20,000 nucleotides of DNA from IMG/VR virus record IMGVR_UViG_3300028394_000074, positions 47,825 through 67,824 of that record; one strand, 5' to 3'. The position numbers were made by a program, and so were the translations under genes. Each line of letters begins with the position of its first letter. Positions within the stretch are counted from its first letter, which is position 1. Source of the DNA: an uncultured virus (IMG/VR IMGVR_UViG_3300028394_000074). Taxonomy: Duplodnaviria; Heunggongvirae; Uroviricota; Caudoviricetes. Shown here in pieces: positions 16,394 to 20,000 of this stretch. The notes under the pieces are model-generated. The model ran no database searches. It was not told where the DNA came from and saw only the letters and a list, made by a program, of their open reading frames with translations.

Positions 16394-17660
16394 TAGCAGT
16401 CCACCTACAGATCATTAAATTGCAAGGATTGCTTTCGTCAATCTTTTGCGGCACATCTGTAATAGCGCCGTGTTCGTTGATGTAGTTAAACTCAAAGCCA
16501 GGGAAGTGACGCTCGTTTAATCCATGCAACTTGTGATGTGGTCCCCAGAAGCCTGGTGGCTCATTCATTGGTACGGTAATCAACAGACGCTTGCAGTGCT
16601 TCTTTAACTTCTCAACAATTTCCATGCCGGTGTCAAGGTGCTCAATTACTTCAAAGGCCACGATGGTGTCGTACTGCTCAAGCTCGTAGGTGTTAATGTC
16701 GCACCACTCAAACTTAGCGTTGTATCCCCAGTCTTGCTCTTTGGCCACCTCAACAATAATTGGATCGTAGTCTACGCCGGTGTACTCAATGTCTTTTGGA
16801 AAAAACTGAATACCGTATCCGTCAGAACAACCAATCTCTAAAATCTTTTTACCAAGCAGGTTTTGCTCTGCCCAGGTGTATCTTGTTACTTCGCGCGGGA
16901 ATACTGGATCGCCCTTGAGGAACACTGCGCGTTCCCAAAAGTTTGATAGTCTCCAGCGGTACCACTCCATGTTGTACTTCTTAGCTAACTTTAACGAGTT
17001 AGTTAAAAAGATGTTATCCCAGCCTTGTACCAAGTTAGGGTCGTGCATGGTGCCTTCGCCCTTGTGGTAGATTGGGAACATTCCTGTGTATTGCGTTCCG
17101 TCCCACAACTTTTCAAACACTTCTAGTACTTTAAAGCCAGCCTTTTCGGCCTCAATACAAAACTCGGTGTCTTCACCGCCACCAACGCCGTACTCTTCAT
17201 TGAGTAGTCCGATGGTATCAAATACTTTTTTGTGTATCATTACACAGAAAAACACTAAGAAAAAGCGACCAGCCGGTTCTGAGTTGCCTTTGATGATTCC
17301 AGAGATACCGCACTCTGGGTCATTGAACGGCTTGTCTAAGATGTCAAGCCACTGGTTCGTACTTTGTTCTAGCAGGACCGTGTCATTATTTAGCAGGACA
17401 ATCTTGTCCGCTGTGGCCACCCTAATTGCGGCGTTATTGGCTCCAGAATATCCAAGAGCTTTGTCTGACCAAACAATCTTTAGGTTCGGTACGGCAGTAG
17501 CTAGGTAATCTAAATAGGCCTTAGTGTTGTCTGTGCAGCCATTGGCGCTGATAATCAGCTCAACATCGTCCATGTTGCTGTACTTGATTACCGAGTCTAC
17601 ACAGGGCTTTAGGTACTTTTCACAGTGATTGTACGTGGGTATTACTACGCTGTATTTCAT
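16386..17660 (-). CDS. GT2 glycosyltransferase fused to class I SAM-dependent methyltransferase
   Basis: 424 aa; SVVIPTYN, NGCTD, GYSGANN, VLLNNDT, GGEDTEFC (GT2); ILEIGCSDGYG, GVDYD, YDTIVAFEVIEHL, LLITVP (MTase); AAGGA RBS. Confidence 0.9.
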   Translation of the reverse strand: MKYSVVIPTYNHCEKYLKPCVDSVIKYSNMDDVELIISANGCTDNTKAYLDYLATAVPNLKIVWSDKALGYSGANNAAIRVATADKIVLLNNDTVLLEQSTNQWLDILDKPFNDPECGISGIIKGNSEPAGRFFLVFFCVMIHKKVFDTIGLLNEEYGVGGGEDTEFCIEAEKAGFKVLEVFEKLWDGTQYTGMFPIYHKGEGTMHDPNLVQGWDNIFLTNSLKLAKKYNMEWYRWRLSNFWERAVFLKGDPVFPREVTRYTWAEQNLLGKKILEIGCSDGYGIQFFPKDIEYTGVDYDPIIVEVAKEQDWGYNAKFEWCDINTYELEQYDTIVAFEVIEHLDTGMEIVEKLKKHCKRLLITVPMNEPPGFWGPHHKLHGLNERHFPGFEFNYINEHGAITDVPQKIDESNPCNLMICRWTASE

Positions 17661-17700
17661 GCTTTTCCTTTAAAGTTCATACGAACTTAGCTTAAATGAT

Positions 17701-17739
17701 TCTATATCTACTTATGCAAAAAACGCTTAAAAAACTGCC
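17701..17739 (-). promoter_or_regulatory. Putative phage late promoter, copy 3, upstream of GT cassette
   Basis: TTTTTTGCATAAGTAGATATAGA identical to copy 2; upstream GGCA box present, shifted by 1 nt. Confidence 0.7.
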
Positions 17740-20000
17740 TTTTTAAGTTGTTCTATTTCGGCCCGAAGTTTAATAACTTCTTTTGCCAATTCTATCACAG
17801 AAACCATAGCCGCGTTTCCATACATTACAGAAAGCATGCCGTTTTCGTCCGACATAACTGCTTCTTTTAATACAGGCTCTAAAGACTGGGCTGTGATACC
17901 AGATTCCCGAATGCCTGTTGCTATACGCTCGTACGTACCATGTTTAACACCAGCTAATTGCTCAATAAAATCTTCTGGTAGGTCTTTCCAGTTTGTTTTT
18001 AATCGTTCGTCAGAACTAGAAACAACTGAAACTGCTGTCAATGCTCCAGTAGATGGTAAGAAAGATACGGCGTTTGTGGTTGCTACAGTAGGTGTTTGAT
18101 TGGATCCAGCGGCTGCTACACCAACAATATACTGTGTTGTTGCTGCTGTACTGGCGGTTGCGTTAATAGCAGTAGATGGACCAGAGCCTCCTGCAGGACC
18201 ACTGTAGCCACTTATGCCGCTTCCAGAGTAACCAGAAATACCAGAGTATCCACTAAAGCCTGATGTTCCTGCAGTACCATTAGTTCCGCTGTAGCCAGAG
18301 ATACCACTGTAGCCAGAGATACCACTGTAGCCAGAGATACCACTGTAGCCGGAGATACCAGAGTAGCCAGAGATACCAGAGTAGCCAGAGATACCAGAGT
18401 AGCCAGAGATACCAGAGTAGCCAGAGATACCAGAGTAGCCAGAGATACCAGAGTAGCCAGAGATACCACTGTAGCCAGAGATACCAGAGAATCCACTGTA
18501 GCCAGAGATACCAGAGAATCCACTATAGCCAGAGATACCAGAGAATCCACTATAGCCAGAGATACCAGAGAATCCACTGTAGCCAGAGATACCAGAGAAT
18601 CCACTATAGCCAGAGATACCAGAGTAACCACTATAGCCAGAGATACCAGAGTAACCACTATAGCCAGAAATACCAGAGTAGCCAGAGATACCAGAGTAAC
18701 CACTGTAGCCAGAGATACCAGAGAATCCACTATAGCCAGAGATACCACTGTAGCCAGAGATACCAGAGATACCAGAGAATCCACTATAGCCAGAGATACC
18801 AGAGATACCACTGTAGCCAGAGATACCAGAGTAGCCAGAGATACCAGAGTAGCCAGAGTAGCCAGAGATACCAGAGTAGCCAGAGATACCAGAGTAGCCA
18901 GAGATACCACTATAGCCACTATAGCCAGAGATACCACTATAGCCACTATAGCCAGAGATACCAGAGTAGCCAGATATTCCTGATTGACCAGCAATATCAA
19001 AAGTCCAAGCTGCAAATGTTCCAGATCCACCCACTAAATCCACATTGACTGTCAACGTGGTAGTTGTGTATGCTGTAATCTGGCCTTCCATAAAGTTAGT
19101 GGTGTTATTGATTCTAACTCTTGCACCAACCACATAGGCATTTGTGCCTTGTGTTTGATTAACAGTAAACGCTTTTGAACCAGTACCAATTAAAAACGAT
19201 GTAGTAGAAGTTAAGTTTGCATAACCTAAACCACTGTAGCCAGAGATACCACTGTAGCCACTATAGCCAGAGATACCAGAGTAACCACTGTAGCCAGAGA
19301 TACCACTGTAGCCAGAGATACCACTGTAGCCAGAGATACCACTGTAGCCAGAGATACCACTGTAGCCAGAGATACCAGAGTAACCAGAGATACCAGAGTA
19401 GCCAGAGATACCAGAGTAACCAGAGATACCAGAGTAGCCAGAGATACCACTGTAGCCACTGTAACCAGAGATGCCACTGTAGCCAGAGATACCAGATTGA
19501 CCAGCAATATCAAAAGTCCAAGCTGCAAAAGTTCCGGATCCTACAGTTAAGTCTACATTGACTGTTAGTGTAGTGGTAGTGTAGGCCGTGATTTGGCCTT
19601 CCATAAAATTGGTAGTGTTGTTAATTCTAACTCTTGCACCAACTACATACGCGTTAGTTCCTTGGGTTTGGTTTACTGTAAACGCTTTAGAACCAGTGCC
19701 AATTAGGAATGATGTTGTAGAGGTTAGGTTAGCGTAGCCCAATCCACTGTATCCAGATATACCACTATAGCCAGAGATACCACTATAGCCAGAGATACCA
19801 GAGTAACCACTATAGCCAGAGATACCAGAGTAACCACTATAGCCAGAGATACCAGAACCACTATAGCCAGAGATACCAGAACCACTGTAGCCAGAGATAC
19901 CAGAGAATCCACTATAGCCAGAGATACCAGAGTAACCACTATAGCCAGAGATACCAGAGTAACCACTATAGCCAGAGATACCAGAGCAACCACTATAGCC
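17727..20000 (-). CDS. Tail fibre 1 (5' end outside window): Gly-X-Ser repeats, duplicated 82-aa domain, C-terminal intramolecular chaperone (peptidase S74)
   Basis: Frame stays open from 19742 to 20000 (the track start is an internal TTG); S-D-E-R-L-K autocleavage motif (Ser codon 18014-18012), GITAQSL, V.Y and terminal coiled coil. Confidence 0.9.
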   Translation of the reverse strand, partial: GYSGCSGISGYSGYSGISGYSGYSGISGYSGFSGISGYSGSGISGYSGSGISGYSGYSGISGYSGYSGISGYSGISGYSGISGYSGLGYANLTSTTSFLIGTGSKAFTVNQTQGTNAYVVGARVRINNTTNFMEGQITAYTTTTLTVNVDLTVGSGTFAAWTFDIAGQSGISGYSGISGYSGYSGISGYSGISGYSGISGYSGISGYSGISGYSGISGYSGISGYSGISGYSGISGYSGYSGISGYSGYSGISGYSGLGYANLTSTTSFLIGTGSKAFTVNQTQGTNAYVVGARVRINNTTNFMEGQITAYTTTTLTVNVDLVGGSGTFAAWTFDIAGQSGISGYSGISGYSGYSGISGYSGYSGISGYSGISGYSGISGYSGYSGISGYSGISGYSGISGISGYSGFSGISGISGYSGISGYSGFSGISGYSGYSGISGYSGISGYSGYSGISGYSGYSGISGYSGFSGISGYSGFSGISGYSGFSGISGYSGFSGISGYSGFSGISGYSGISGYSGISGYSGISGYSGISGYSGISGYSGISGYSGISGYSGISGYSGISGYSGISGYSGTNGTAGTSGFSGYSGISGYSGSGISGYSGPAGGSGPSTAINATASTAATTQYIVGVAAAGSNQTPTVATTNAVSFLPSTGALTAVSVVSSSDERLKTNWKDLPEDFIEQLAGVKHGTYERIATGIRESGITAQSLEPVLKEAVMSDENGMLSVMYGNAAMVSVIELAKEVIKLRAEIEQLKKAVF
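18201..18983. repeat. Gly-X-Ser repeat block (~260 aa; 18/27-nt units, DNA-homogeneous)
   Basis: Units such as ccagagtagccagagata and ccactgtagccagagata repeated with very few codon variants. Confidence 0.95.
18984..19229 (-). repeat. 82-aa domain copy B
   Basis: LGYANLTSTTSFLIGTGSKAFTVN...WTFDIAGQ; 80/82 aa identical to copy A. Confidence 0.95.
19230..19496. repeat. Gly-X-Ser repeat block (89 aa) between the domain copies
   Basis: Same 18/27-nt units. Confidence 0.95.
19497..19742 (-). repeat. 82-aa domain copy A
   Basis: 513 nt from copy B. Confidence 0.95.
19743..20000. repeat. Gly-X-Ser repeat block running off the window
   Basis: Same units, with two GS interruptions and one Tyr-to-Cys variant at 19986-19988. 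Confidence 0.9.

Noticed and set aside
16386..16950. DNA methyltransferase / DNA hypermodification role for the cassette
   Set aside because: No DPPY/NPPY or PC motif; the FEVIEH-type domain is typical of small-molecule/glycan methyltransferases, and the context is structural genes. Not formally excluded.
18984..19742. Diversity-generating retroelement TR/VR pair
   Set aside because: Differences are almost all synonymous and include many C/T changes rather than adenine-specific ones; both copies are in-frame in one gene; no reverse transcriptase in the window.
19740..19742. ORF-track start of fibre 1
   Set aside because: It is an internal TTG (Leu, matching TTA in copy B); the frame is open to the window edge.
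18212..19993. Alternative-frame ORFs (LVSLAT-repeat, HCSQRY-repeat), also those at 14012-14806
   Set aside because: Stop-free shadows of the 9-nt periodic repeat; they begin and end with the repeat and lack RBS support.
18201..20000. CRISPR array or non-coding satellite
   Set aside because: No unique spacers; unit lengths are multiples of 3 and lie in an open fibre reading frame.
1..20000. Stop-codon reassignment (no called gene ends in TAG)
   Set aside because: Genes tile almost without gaps under the standard code, with no TAG-interrupted frames; TAG scarcity alone is ordinary.

Overview
A 20-kb piece of the late (virion/lysis) region of a tailed dsDNA phage. All credible genes are on the minus strand and tile tightly, often with ATGA/TAATG overlaps. 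The host is inferred to be Gram-negative (two-component spanin), and the gene order (adaptor, nozzle, putative ejection proteins) suggests a short-tailed, podovirus-like virion. In transcription order (20000 to 1): (1) a tail fibre entering from outside the window, built of long Pro-free Gly-X-Ser repeats (GYS/GIS/GFS), two copies of an 82-aa domain and a C-terminal S74 autocleaving chaperone; (2) a three-gene glycosylation cassette (GT2+SAM-methyltransferase, GT-A+GT9 N-part, GT9 C-part); (3) a second Gly-X-Ser fibre, a glycine-rich tip-like protein and a small partner; (4) a lysis cassette (1-TM coiled-coil protein, dual-start 2-TM holin, i-spanin with an embedded o-spanin missed by the ORF track, N-terminally anchored GH24 endolysin); (5) two small basic proteins; (6) adaptor/tail/nozzle genes; (7) putative ejection proteins. 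The most interesting signal is the glycosyltransferase cassette wedged between two Gly-X-Ser fibres and preceded by the same promoter-like motif as structural genes, suggesting a phage-encoded 'glyco-collagen' fibre modification system. All product calls come from motif recognition by eye; no database searches were run.
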